Source of the DNA: a virus
Virus record (IMG/VR): IMGVR_UViG_3300025598_000020
DNA: 64,000 nucleotides
Reading direction: 5' to 3' (one strand)
Below the pieces are notes generated by a model. The model did not search any database, was not told the origin of the DNA, and was given only the letters and a program-made list of their open reading frames with translations. The stretch's first letter is position 1. Every line of letters starts with the position of its first letter. The position numbers were made by a program, and so were the translations under genes. Shown piece by piece: positions 5,619 to 14,475 of the stretch.

Positions 5619-5687
5619 TTAGCGGAACTTTTCTGGATAATTCAGGCGTTCCCATTCCTCATCGGTAACAGGCCACCAATTATTCAT
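5619..5687 (-). CDS. 22-aa microprotein MNNWWPVTDEEWERLNYPEKFR (not in ORF track)
   Basis: ATG overlaps the hsp20 stop (ATGAATAA), suggesting translational coupling. Confidence 0.5.
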   Translation of the reverse strand: MNNWWPVTDEEWERLNYPEKFR

Positions 5688-6120
5688 CTTTAGATTTGAT
5701 ACCAATTTTCTTGATAGCATCCTGTGTTTTGACGATATTTTCCAACCAAACTTTTAACATACCGTTGGCTAATTCCGCATCTTTGATTTCAATCTTATCA
5801 TTGATTGTAAAGACACGTTCAAAAGCACGGTTTGCAATTCCCTTGTATAGGAAATGTTCGTCATCTGCATCATCTTTTGCAAGACCCTTGATGACAAGTT
5901 TGTTGCCGTCCATTGTGATTTCAATATCAGACTTAGCAAAACCAGCAACTGCCATTTCAATGACGTACTTGTTTTCTTTTACTTGTTTGATATTGTATGG
6001 GGGATAACCCATTGATTTGGCTGTATGCTCTGTTGCTCTGCGTAGAGCATCCATAGTTTCTTCAAAGCCAATGAATTGACCGAACAGGTCTTTGCCGAAG
6101 ACATCTTTTAGATATGTCAT
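5680..6120 (-). CDS. hsp20: Small heat-shock protein Hsp20/IbpA-like
   Basis: YPPYNI, EMAVAGF, YKGIANRAFERVF and NGMLKV motifs. Confidence 0.93.
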   Translation of the reverse strand: MTYLKDVFGKDLFGQFIGFEETMDALRRATEHTAKSMGYPPYNIKQVKENKYVIEMAVAGFAKSDIEITMDGNKLVIKGLAKDDADDEHFLYKGIANRAFERVFTINDKIEIKDAELANGMLKVWLENIVKTQDAIKKIGIKSKDE

Positions 6121-6275
6121 ATTTTTCTCCTAAAAAGCGAGTTAATAAAATGCGATACCCCGAAGGCGTATCATTTTCCAGCTTACTTTATACTGGACCA
6201 ACTAACGAGTGGTAGTGAAATCTCTCGGACGCCTTTTACCGTGAACGTCAAACAGCCCTAAGGTGGGCCTGTCTT
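6121..6275 (-). promoter_or_regulatory. Structured 5' leader of hsp20
   Basis: Five consecutive hairpins, the last C(UUCG)G-capped, ahead of the AGGAG Shine-Dalgarno. Confidence 0.55.
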
Positions 6276-6279
6276 ATAT

Positions 6280-6684
6280 TTATACTTTTTTCTTAGAGCC
6301 AATATTGTATTTCGGAACGAGTTGCCATTCATGTTTCTCTTTGTGAGAAATAATCTTGACTTGGCTAATGAAGATTGGTTCTGGAACTTGAATCTGAGAT
6401 TCATTGATAACCTTCACCAAACCCCAATCTTGTAACAACTTAACAATAGCATTTCTACGAGACAAATCATTCTCGGTCAAATCGGTTGGTTTACCATCCA
6501 ATGCAAACAATTCTTTAAAGTGAACTATGTAATACTTACCTTGTTTATGTAAAATATGACAAGATTGAAAAAGTGTTTTATCTTTTTTAGATGATACACC
6601 AATTCTTGTTAAAGTTTCACGGACCTTTAAAAAATCATCTGTTTCAGTTAATGTAACTTCAACTAGGTCTTGTATTCCTATCAT
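6280..6684 (-). CDS. regA: Translational repressor RegA
   Basis: DDFLKVRETLTRIG, QSCHILHKQGKYYIVHFKELF. Confidence 0.96.
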   Translation of the reverse strand: MIGIQDLVEVTLTETDDFLKVRETLTRIGVSSKKDKTLFQSCHILHKQGKYYIVHFKELFALDGKPTDLTENDLSRRNAIVKLLQDWGLVKVINESQIQVPEPIFISQVKIISHKEKHEWQLVPKYNIGSKKKV

Positions 6685-7069
6685 TATTCACTCCGCCTTT
6701 ATTTGTTTTTGCTTTTATCTCAGCGATTTGTTCATCATCAAGAATACGCAATGCTTCTTTGGCCTTTTCGTTGGAGTAACCAAAATACTGCTTGACACAT
6801 TCTATATCCTTTAAGACCTCGGCTTTTTGCCATGGCTGAAACTTACGTTTCATAGGTCTGATTGTATTTAGAAGATACTGGTATTGCATATCGGAATCTA
6901 AATCTGGATACAGATTCATTTCGTTTGCATACAATACACAGTCCATGTGAAAAGATAAAGCACGATTGACCACAAACTTATTATAGTCTTTATAGTCAAC
7001 TTCACCATCAAATACATTCTTCTTGGTTTGAAGAATAGACGGAACAATTTCTTTGAATAAATCAGGCAT
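6659..7069 (-). CDS. gp62: Clamp loader small subunit
   Basis: VNRALS...YANEMN, YFGYSNEKAKEAL; lies between gp44 and regA. Confidence 0.92.
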   Translation of the reverse strand: MPDLFKEIVPSILQTKKNVFDGEVDYKDYNKFVVNRALSFHMDCVLYANEMNLYPDLDSDMQYQYLLNTIRPMKRKFQPWQKAEVLKDIECVKQYFGYSNEKAKEALRILDDEQIAEIKAKTNKGGVNNDRNTRPS

Positions 7070-8001
7070 TATTTGAACTCACAATCCACCATGACTTCTG
7101 TCAAACAGGCAATCATATTGATTTCGTGGTCAGGAACAAAAGCGGCTTGATATTGATACTTAGCCAAGTGAAGAACCAATTGAGGAACCGAGTTTGGTTG
7201 TAATAGTTCATACAAACCATCATAAATCTTACGATAGATTTTTGCAGGATCATTGTCTAAGTTTTGTGTTACCCATTTACGAGCACCAGCAAAATCTTTA
7301 GACTTCAATGACTTGATAAGGTCAGTCAGTTGCACATCAGCAACAGAACCAAGAATACCCTTGTCAATATTACCTGAAACACCATATCGTTGCAATTCGT
7401 TTAGAATACGGCGATTGTCTGGAAAGTGTTTAGTGATGATGGCCGCAACCACATCTTTTTCGTATGTGATATTTTCTTGTGTAAGAATACTTTCAACACG
7501 TTTAAAGAAAGCGGTTGCCATCTTGGCTTTAGAACCATTTAACTTGTAGTCAATACAAGTGCAACGAGAATGTATAGGATCAATAATCCGATTCTTAAAG
7601 TTACAAGTGAATATGAACGAACAGTTGTTAGCAAATTCTTCAATGGATGCACGTAGGATCGCTTGTGCGTTAGGTGTAAGATAATCTGCCTCATCTAAGA
7701 TGATGACCTTGCGGCCGCCCATCAAAGAAACGGATGAAGCATAGTTTTTAATTTTAACACGGATGGTATCAACACCGTTCTCATCAGAACCGTTGATTAC
7801 GATATAGTCACAACCAACTTCTTCACACAAAGCCTTTGCGACTGTGGTTTTACCAACACCGGCGGTACCAGACAACAAGAGATTGGGAATCTCTTTTCTA
7901 TTAACATATTCTTGGAAAGTTGCTTTCAAAGAATCGGGAAGGATACAATCTTCAATCGTTTTAGGACGATACTTCTCCACCCACAACATGTGATTCGACA
8001 T
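7069..8001 (-). CDS. gp44: Clamp loader AAA+ subunit
   Basis: WVEKYRP, GTAGVGKTT, DEAD and SRC motifs. Confidence 0.96.
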   Translation of the reverse strand: MSNHMLWVEKYRPKTIEDCILPDSLKATFQEYVNRKEIPNLLLSGTAGVGKTTVAKALCEEVGCDYIVINGSDENGVDTIRVKIKNYASSVSLMGGRKVIILDEADYLTPNAQAILRASIEEFANNCSFIFTCNFKNRIIDPIHSRCTCIDYKLNGSKAKMATAFFKRVESILTQENITYEKDVVAAIITKHFPDNRRILNELQRYGVSGNIDKGILGSVADVQLTDLIKSLKSKDFAGARKWVTQNLDNDPAKIYRKIYDGLYELLQPNSVPQLVLHLAKYQYQAAFVPDHEINMIACLTEVMVDCEFK

Positions 8002-8063
8002 TCAATAACCTCATAATATAAAAATTCAGTATGACACGGCCCGAAGGCCGTGTCAAGTTAACA

Positions 8064-9191
8064 TTAGAACTGTGTGGCTGATAATAACCTGCGTTTAACC
8101 GGAGAAAGACTTTCAGTCAATTTTCTCCATTCATCACAGGATTCAGGAATAGCACAATCTCCTTTTAAACCACCAACTCGAAAATTGATATCTCTGGCAA
8201 AACAATATTCGTTAAATAAAACAACGAATCTTGAAGCATAGAATTCTCTAATTTTGATACCACCAGAATCTTCAACAATATCTTGTTGTGTTGTTAATGG
8301 GCCTTTACCATTAAATTTACGGCGTTCGGTAAAAACATATTTAATAAAGTCGTCAAAAGAACAAATCAATTTATTATTTTTTTGAATTTTATAAAATCTT
8401 TCACCAAATACTTTTTGGAATAAAACCAAACCTACAAATAAAAATCCTTTAATGTCTGTTTCAGTCAAATGCTCTTTCAATGAATGTAGAGAAATCTTAA
8501 CGTATTCTTTATTTGGTGTATCATCAAGACGCAAAGCTTCAATTAAGTTACCATATGATTCAAAGGTATGTGTAGCAACATAATCATTGCGGTTCGTATT
8601 GGCAATAGAAATGCCAAAAGGTTTTACAAACTCATATAAAGCAACTGCATCTGGGTCTTTAGCTCCATAAGCACCCTTAAATTTGTGTTCGGCAACCATG
8701 TTCCAACGGTCAATGTTGTCACTATTATAATTGTCGGATTCTATTTGTTTAATTTTGTCAATGTCAGTTTCACTATGAACTTCTAATGACACTTCAACAT
8801 ATGCATCTTTACCCAAAGTCAGATAACGTTGTGCGGTTCGATGATTGCCTTGGGTCAAAACTAATGTGCCGTCAGGACGTAAGTATGCTTTCATTCCATT
8901 TGCTTTGCCATAACAAAACCCATTATGTTTTTCTAGGTTTTTCATGGCTTTTTCTAAATTCAATTCGTCTGTTCTATTGTAAAAGTCATCACCGTAAAGA
9001 TATTTAACTTGAATTAAACATACAAATTTTGCTCCAGGAACTAAAACATTTGAGGCTTTTAATTCATCATATGTTGGTAAGTTTTGTGAGTACGTATCCA
9101 AAGGAACACTTAATGTGGACCTATAATAACTTAATTTTTTAGGTGTAAGTTTTGGATTTTTATCAACAATATCAATAATTTTATGTAACAT
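8064..9191 (-). CDS. Hypothetical protein with ParB/Srx-like motif (start reassigned to MLHKII)
   Basis: AAAGGAG upstream of ATG at 9191; RPDGTLVLTQGNHR resembles the ParB-like DGxHR motif. Confidence 0.55.
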   Translation of the reverse strand: MLHKIIDIVDKNPKLTPKKLSYYRSTLSVPLDTYSQNLPTYDELKASNVLVPGAKFVCLIQVKYLYGDDFYNRTDELNLEKAMKNLEKHNGFCYGKANGMKAYLRPDGTLVLTQGNHRTAQRYLTLGKDAYVEVSLEVHSETDIDKIKQIESDNYNSDNIDRWNMVAEHKFKGAYGAKDPDAVALYEFVKPFGISIANTNRNDYVATHTFESYGNLIEALRLDDTPNKEYVKISLHSLKEHLTETDIKGFLFVGLVLFQKVFGERFYKIQKNNKLICSFDDFIKYVFTERRKFNGKGPLTTQQDIVEDSGGIKIREFYASRFVVLFNEYCFARDINFRVGGLKGDCAIPESCDEWRKLTESLSPVKRRLLSATQF

Positions 9192-9279
9192 TTTTTCTCC
9201 TTTGGTTAACGTTACGTTTAAAAAATCAAAGGGGTATAGTCCTTTGATATTGGAAGTTGTAACTTCCAAATTCATTGTA

Positions 9280-9630
9280 TCAGATTCTACGCCATTGGTC
9301 AAGTTCTTTGACGTATAACTTACCATCAGGACCAGGAACAATATTCACCTGGACTTTTTTCTCTGTACCAGGTTTGTATCTTGGGCCTATACCCGATATA
9401 ACATACATGTTTGTTCCAAGGTATTTCTGTGGTGGCATTTCTTTACCGTATGTTGCACTCAATTGCAACACAGGTTTACTATCAATCTGTTTTTGTAGTT
9501 CTTCGGAAGGAATCTCGTCTTGTTTATATACAATACGTTCTTTCACTTCCTTGTAACCTTCAATACCAGCAACAAGTAGGCCAGCAAGGCCTAATGTTTT
9601 GGCAAAAGACCTACGAGTTGCTTTTTCCAT
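9280..9630 (-). CDS. Hypothetical protein with twin-arginine-like signal
   Basis: MEKATRRSFAKTLGLAGLLVAG N-terminus. Confidence 0.6.
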   Translation of the reverse strand: MEKATRRSFAKTLGLAGLLVAGIEGYKEVKERIVYKQDEIPSEELQKQIDSKPVLQLSATYGKEMPPQKYLGTNMYVISGIGPRYKPGTEKKVQVNIVPGPDGKLYVKELDQWRRI

Positions 9631-10012
9631 TTTTAGTGACCTTCTTTGCAGGTGCTTTTGCAACAGTTTTACGTGGTGTACGTTTCTTTGCAACAGGTTT
9701 TACTGTTTCAGCGACTTGTTCAACTTGTGTATCAGTCAAAGCACCATCGTCTTTTTCATACTTTGGTTCTTCAACAAATTTAATAGTAGCACTACCAATG
9801 GTTCCTGGCATAGGAATTGGATTCCCAACCAATTCTTCTTCTTTAAAAGCATCTTCAAGTTGTTGTGGTGTTGGTGATTCAATAACTTCTGTCTTTGTAA
9901 GAACTTCAGTTTTTTCAGGACCCAACTGAACCAAAGGTGCAGTTTCTACGATAGGTTCTGGTTGTTTTTCTACAGGTTTAGACTTGAATAGACCAAATAG
10001 TTTACTTAACAT
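9611..10012 (-). CDS. Hypothetical low-complexity protein with K/A-rich tail
   Basis: ORF overlapping both neighbours; P/E-rich body and basic C-terminus. Confidence 0.6.
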   Translation of the reverse strand: MLSKLFGLFKSKPVEKQPEPIVETAPLVQLGPEKTEVLTKTEVIESPTPQQLEDAFKEEELVGNPIPMPGTIGSATIKFVEEPKYEKDDGALTDTQVEQVAETVKPVAKKRTPRKTVAKAPAKKVTKNGKSNS

Positions 10013-10280
10013 CTTTAATACTCTCCAAAAGAGCCTCAAACTCTTTAAATTCTGCAACTTCTTCTTGCAGTGACTGGTTATATTGAACCTTGGCCATGCG
10101 TTTGATAATCTTCTTAGGGATTTTTAATTCGTCATGGGCAAGACTTACCATGTCAGCCATAGATTGTGATGTTGCTTTTGCTCGTGACATGCATACCACA
10201 ATTTCTTCAATGTAACCCTTGAGAGCTCTTAATTGTTTCTCATCAAAGGTGCCATATAATGTTTGAACTTGGTTAGTCAT
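10002..10280 (-). CDS. dsbA: dsDNA-binding protein, T4 DsbA-like
   Basis: IPKKIIKRMAKVQYNQSLQEEVAE helical pattern; 92 aa. Confidence 0.65.
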   Translation of the reverse strand: MTNQVQTLYGTFDEKQLRALKGYIEEIVVCMSRAKATSQSMADMVSLAHDELKIPKKIIKRMAKVQYNQSLQEEVAEFKEFEALLESIKDVK

Positions 10281-10282
10281 AT

Positions 10283-10951
10283 TTAGAAGGTACTTTCTTT
10301 AGATTCAATTGCAATCCAGTATTGAATTTCTTCTTTAGTGTTTTTGAAGTTAGCCAAACCTTTGAAAGAGATTTGAACATCATATGTTCCTTGAATCATC
10401 TTCAAGTTTTCGGTCTTAAACACAAGGTTGAAAGATTTACCATTACCATCACCAACCTTGATGGAACTGGTGTGTTGTGAATCATCCTTGGCATCATATG
10501 CAACAAGGTCAACAGTCTCACCATCAGACTTCAATGCAATATTAGGTGACGATAGAATTGCAGCAGAACGCATGATTTCTGCATAGTCAACATCAGACAA
10601 CGTGAAAGAATAATCAATCACAGCCAACTTGATTTCTTTTTCTGGAGGAACAACGATGGTATCTTTAGATGCCATGCGATACTTGGTCTTACTACGACCA
10701 CCTTGGAATGTAATATTAGATGCATCAAATTCAAGGTCAACATCACCCTTGAACATAGAGTGAACCAACAAGAACTGGTTCAAATCATAGACACAAAAGT
10801 CTTGTGGAAATTCATCTTTGAGAAGAGCTTGCGCCAAGACAGATTTACCAGCAGAAATTGTTGTCAATTTATTACCTTGTTTGAATTCAAGGTTTTGATT
10901 AATCGTAGAGAAATTCTTCAATACGGTAAGTGTTTCAGTAGATAGTTTCAT
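10283..10951 (-). CDS. gp45: Sliding clamp
   Basis: MKLSTETLTVLKNFSTINQN, YDLNQFL, YWIAIE. Confidence 0.96.
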   Translation of the reverse strand: MKLSTETLTVLKNFSTINQNLEFKQGNKLTTISAGKSVLAQALLKDEFPQDFCVYDLNQFLLVHSMFKGDVDLEFDASNITFQGGRSKTKYRMASKDTIVVPPEKEIKLAVIDYSFTLSDVDYAEIMRSAAILSSPNIALKSDGETVDLVAYDAKDDSQHTSSIKVGDGNGKSFNLVFKTENLKMIQGTYDVQISFKGLANFKNTKEEIQYWIAIESKESTF

Positions 10952-11346
10952 TTGTTTTCCTCATTATGTAAAGTTTCTTTGGAATAGATTGTATCATGTT
11001 CATAAAGAAACATCAAGCAGCACATAGCATGTGCCAAGTGATGAATACCAGATTCTGGATCATCTTGTTCGCCACGTTTCCAAGCCCACACATGTCTTTG
11101 TAATGCGTCAAAATATCTACGTTTAGAATCTGGAACTTTTTGCCAGTTATCTCGTTCATATTTCTGTGCACCAAAGGTGAGAACCTTTACGACTTCATCT
11201 AAAGCAAATGGTGGCAACAAACCATATTCTAGTTTGCCACCATCAAATTTGCGGCCAAGTTCTTGAACCTGTGCCGTGACGGAAACAGGAACATCGATAG
11301 GTGAAGAAACATCATCATCACTGTTGCGGTATCCTGTTGTTGTCAT
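10948..11346 (-). CDS. dATP/dGTP diphosphohydrolase-like protein (DUF5664 type)
   Basis: GRKFDGGKLEYGLLP, FGAQKYERDNW, DPESGIHHLAHA. Confidence 0.8.
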   Translation of the reverse strand: MTTTGYRNSDDDVSSPIDVPVSVTAQVQELGRKFDGGKLEYGLLPPFALDEVVKVLTFGAQKYERDNWQKVPDSKRRYFDALQRHVWAWKRGEQDDPESGIHHLAHAMCCLMFLYEHDTIYSKETLHNEENK

Positions 11347-11347
11347 T

Positions 11348-12166
11348 TTACATTTCTCCAACGAAATTAGCAACAGCTGGCATATCTCCGTGGAAGTGAT
11401 ATGTACCAATGTGTGCAGTTCTCATCCATGGACACAAGTAGATTTCTCCACCCAATTTACGCCACATTTGACAGAACATATAATCTTCTGACAGATAACG
11501 GTCTGAACCACCACCTGTGATAGAGTCTTTAGTATCAATCACGGTATCAAAGAATGCGTGAATATAACGAGAACCATCAAAGTTGGCTTGGCCAACGTGG
11601 TCTGGACGATAACGAATCATTGGATATGCTTCTTCCATTTTGGTGAAAACATCACGTTTAACCATCATGAAACCAGTACCAATTTCTAATACATCCAATG
11701 GTTCTGTCACGTTAAACTGTGCAGTACCTTTAACTGGATTGAAAACAAAGTCACCAACAACCTTTTCGAGAGTTTGTGGATCAATATTTGGATTCTTTTC
11801 CATAGCTTTAACGGCAGAACGCCACTTGATTGCTTTCTTAGGATAAGGACCACCGATAACATCTTTATCCAAAGCCAACATTGCGATAACATCTTGTGGA
11901 TTAAAGTTAATGTCTGAGTCAATGAACAATAAGTGTGTACATTCGGAACGGTGAATAAATTCATCAACCAAATAGTTACGAGCACGTGTAATTAGTGATT
12001 CATTGAACAAGAATGAGAATTTGACCTGAATGCCATATTGCATACAAAGTCCTTGCAAGTCCAAACATGCTTTCATGTATAGACCGTGATTCATACCACC
12101 GTACATTGGGGTGGCAACGAAGATACTATACTTTCTTAGTTCTTCTGTTTTGATTGAAATTTCCAT
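11348..12166 (-). CDS. GT-A fold glycosyltransferase-like protein
   Basis: ESLITRARN, LLFIDSDI (DxD), GTGFMM, LSEDYMFC. Confidence 0.75.
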   Translation of the reverse strand: MEISIKTEELRKYSIFVATPMYGGMNHGLYMKACLDLQGLCMQYGIQVKFSFLFNESLITRARNYLVDEFIHRSECTHLLFIDSDINFNPQDVIAMLALDKDVIGGPYPKKAIKWRSAVKAMEKNPNIDPQTLEKVVGDFVFNPVKGTAQFNVTEPLDVLEIGTGFMMVKRDVFTKMEEAYPMIRYRPDHVGQANFDGSRYIHAFFDTVIDTKDSITGGGSDRYLSEDYMFCQMWRKLGGEIYLCPWMRTAHIGTYHFHGDMPAVANFVGEM

Positions 12167-12183
12167 GTGAACTCCAAGTTAAT

Positions 12184-12209
12184 AAAAAATAGGAACCCCG
12201 AAGGGTTCC
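12184..12209 (-). terminator. Intrinsic terminator
   Basis: GGAACCC-TTCG-GGGTTCC followed by TATTTTTT. Confidence 0.85.
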
Positions 12210-12218
12210 GTGTGTCAA

Positions 12219-12485
12219 TTAAGCAGTCAAAGAAGCACCAGCTGCCAATGCGGTACGAACCAAAGATTTAGTTGGTGTACCAAGACGATAAACATTGATT
12301 TTCTTGCCGTTAACAGTCTTTGTGTTTGTATAAATGCAATGACCTTCTTGACGAAGTTCATCGATACGTGCAGAAACGTTCTTGATTCCGAAACGGCGTT
12401 GTGCAGACTTAACGGTGAAAGTGTTGTAACCTTCAGTTTGCTTCAAGGCGTTAAGAATACGGGTTTTTGCGGATAGATTGCTCAT
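12219..12485 (-). CDS. Small basic winged-helix DNA-binding protein
   Basis: RFGIKNVSARIDELRQEGHCIY HTH-like segment; own TTGACA-N17-TATGAT promoter (12564-12536) and terminator. Confidence 0.65.
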   Translation of the reverse strand: MSNLSAKTRILNALKQTEGYNTFTVKSAQRRFGIKNVSARIDELRQEGHCIYTNTKTVNGKKINVYRLGTPTKSLVRTALAAGASLTA

Positions 12486-12587
12486 AATATAGACTCCTAA
12501 TAATTTAAAAAAACTCTCATTGCGAGAGAATCAACATCATACACTTATGTATGTCACTTGTCAAGCATATTTGTGGTATACTTGTGG

Positions 12588-13850
12588 TTATCTACCAACT
12601 TGTGGTAGGTATTTGGCCTTGGTTTCATCCCAGGACAAATAAATCAGGTCATCATAGAATAAAGATTCATATGAAACCTGGTTTTTCTTTTGTAGTTGCC
12701 GAATCCTAGGTTTGGCATACTTACTTTTCCAAATGTTTGTGAGTGCTTCCTCGGATGTATCAAATGATTTAACCAAATCTTTGTCACCAATTTCTTTGCG
12801 GAGAAATTCATTTGTGTTATTATACAAAGGAGAGAAATAAATTCCACGTTGGTGTTCGGTACGAATCAACTCTTTTGGAATTTTTAGTTTGCCATAAGCA
12901 AAATTCAATGAACGATTCTTGTGGTCACGCTTTAGTGGAAGTCCTTGTGTGTTGGTTGCTTCCCACCATTCAAAGTATTTTCTCGTATGATTTTCTTTGA
13001 TCCATTTGTAAACCATGTTAGAAGTAGAACGCTTAGGCTCAAACGCAACAGAACCACTAGAGAATCCCATTTTCTGCCAATGTTCCAAACCATCATATTG
13101 AGAAAGCCCATTGGCTTTGGTCTTTCCATAGAGTGACGTTGTAGTAACGCCGACAAGAGTGTCTCCATAACGAACTTTCCAATCTAGTTGAACTGTATCA
13201 GACAAACACAACAAAGCCAACAACTTGCCGCCCATGTAATTATAACCAAGTGGTTGTAGGGGCACAATCGTAGAACCAATTGCTGTGTGATTAATCATGC
13301 CTTGTTGTGTCTTAACATCTCTAGACCAACCGATAGCATTGTCACGTGGTGTCAAGTCTAAGAAGTCGGATGAAATGCAAATAACACCAAGATACTTACC
13401 AGACCTACCATCAACAACGGTGTAAAATAGATTACGACCAATGTTAGAATTGTTTTTCATGGTAGACGAGAATGTACGAATGGCATTCCATGTTTCAGCC
13501 AAATCACCATTATGTAACTGCATAATAGGTTCTAACTTTTCATAATCATCTGGAGAACTAGGAACCCAAAAGTTGTTTTTAACTTTTTGAATTAACTTTT
13601 CTTGTTCTTTATTAACCATGTGTACTTCATCACCCCACAATGTAGATACATCTTTTACGGGATAACGTTCTTTGACTTCACACCATTTTTGGTACAAAGT
13701 GTATTCTCTAACATCCATTGAGGATGCATAAGTTAAATCTTCAATAAGTGTTTTCTTTAGTTGTTCTTCATCAATATGTTCATGGCCAGGATTGATTTCC
13801 TGCCATTCAACCCATTGTTTCTCAACGAACTCTAGCGGAGTTTTTGCCAT
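12588..13850 (-). CDS. DruA/DUF4338-like protein
   Basis: PLQPLGYNYMGGKLLALL and VTTTSLYGK...SQY motifs. Confidence 0.65.
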   Translation of the reverse strand: MAKTPLEFVEKQWVEWQEINPGHEHIDEEQLKKTLIEDLTYASSMDVREYTLYQKWCEVKERYPVKDVSTLWGDEVHMVNKEQEKLIQKVKNNFWVPSSPDDYEKLEPIMQLHNGDLAETWNAIRTFSSTMKNNSNIGRNLFYTVVDGRSGKYLGVICISSDFLDLTPRDNAIGWSRDVKTQQGMINHTAIGSTIVPLQPLGYNYMGGKLLALLCLSDTVQLDWKVRYGDTLVGVTTTSLYGKTKANGLSQYDGLEHWQKMGFSSGSVAFEPKRSTSNMVYKWIKENHTRKYFEWWEATNTQGLPLKRDHKNRSLNFAYGKLKIPKELIRTEHQRGIYFSPLYNNTNEFLRKEIGDKDLVKSFDTSEEALTNIWKSKYAKPRIRQLQKKNQVSYESLFYDDLIYLSWDETKAKYLPQVGR

Positions 13851-14475
13851 TTTTTTGTTTTGCCTGTTTCATCATTAGTGCTTGATATTGAGCCATTTTC
13901 TTAATCATTTTGTTTCGTTTATCTAAACCAGATTTGAGAGCCAATGGTTTTACACGGTCAGTATATACTATTCCGTTCATGTGGTCAAGCTCATGCAAGA
14001 AACAACGAGCAGAAATGCCAACATATTTTGCAGTATGTTCTTTACCATTAAAGTCTTGGTATTTTACCACAATTTCAGCAGGACGAGTAACACGCAATCC
14101 TAATAATGGAAAAGATAAACAACCTTCCATCATATGGGATTCTCCCGAAGATTCAATTACTTCAGGATTAAAGTGAGCAACATAATTATCACCAGAACCC
14201 ATCACAAAAACACGATATGGAAAACCACATTGGTTTGCAGATAATCCGATACCACTATTCTTCTTACAAGTTTCAACTAATGAAGATGCAAAATCATTTG
14301 GATTAATGATTGCATTATCGAAATCAAAATGCGGCATAACCTCACGTAGAATCGGATCATCAGGAGATACTAAATCAAAAGTTTCAATCGTTTCGATTTT
14401 AGGATTTACATCACCCTTTAATACATCAGAAGTGTCAAATTTAAAGACACCATCAATTGGTTTTATTTCACTCAT
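13822..14475 (-). CDS. def: Peptide deformylase
   Basis: GIGLSANQ, EGCLS and HELDH motifs. Confidence 0.95.
   Translation of the reverse strand: MSEIKPIDGVFKFDTSDVLKGDVNPKIETIETFDLVSPDDPILREVMPHFDFDNAIINPNDFASSLVETCKKNSGIGLSANQCGFPYRVFVMGSGDNYVAHFNPEVIESSGESHMMEGCLSFPLLGLRVTRPAEIVVKYQDFNGKEHTAKYVGISARCFLHELDHMNGIVYTDRVKPLALKSGLDKRNKMIKKMAQYQALMMKQAKQKNGKNSARVR

Noticed and set aside
8064-9341. 425-aa start given in the ORF track
   Set aside because: Overlaps the upstream gene; a strong Shine-Dalgarno supports ATG at 9191
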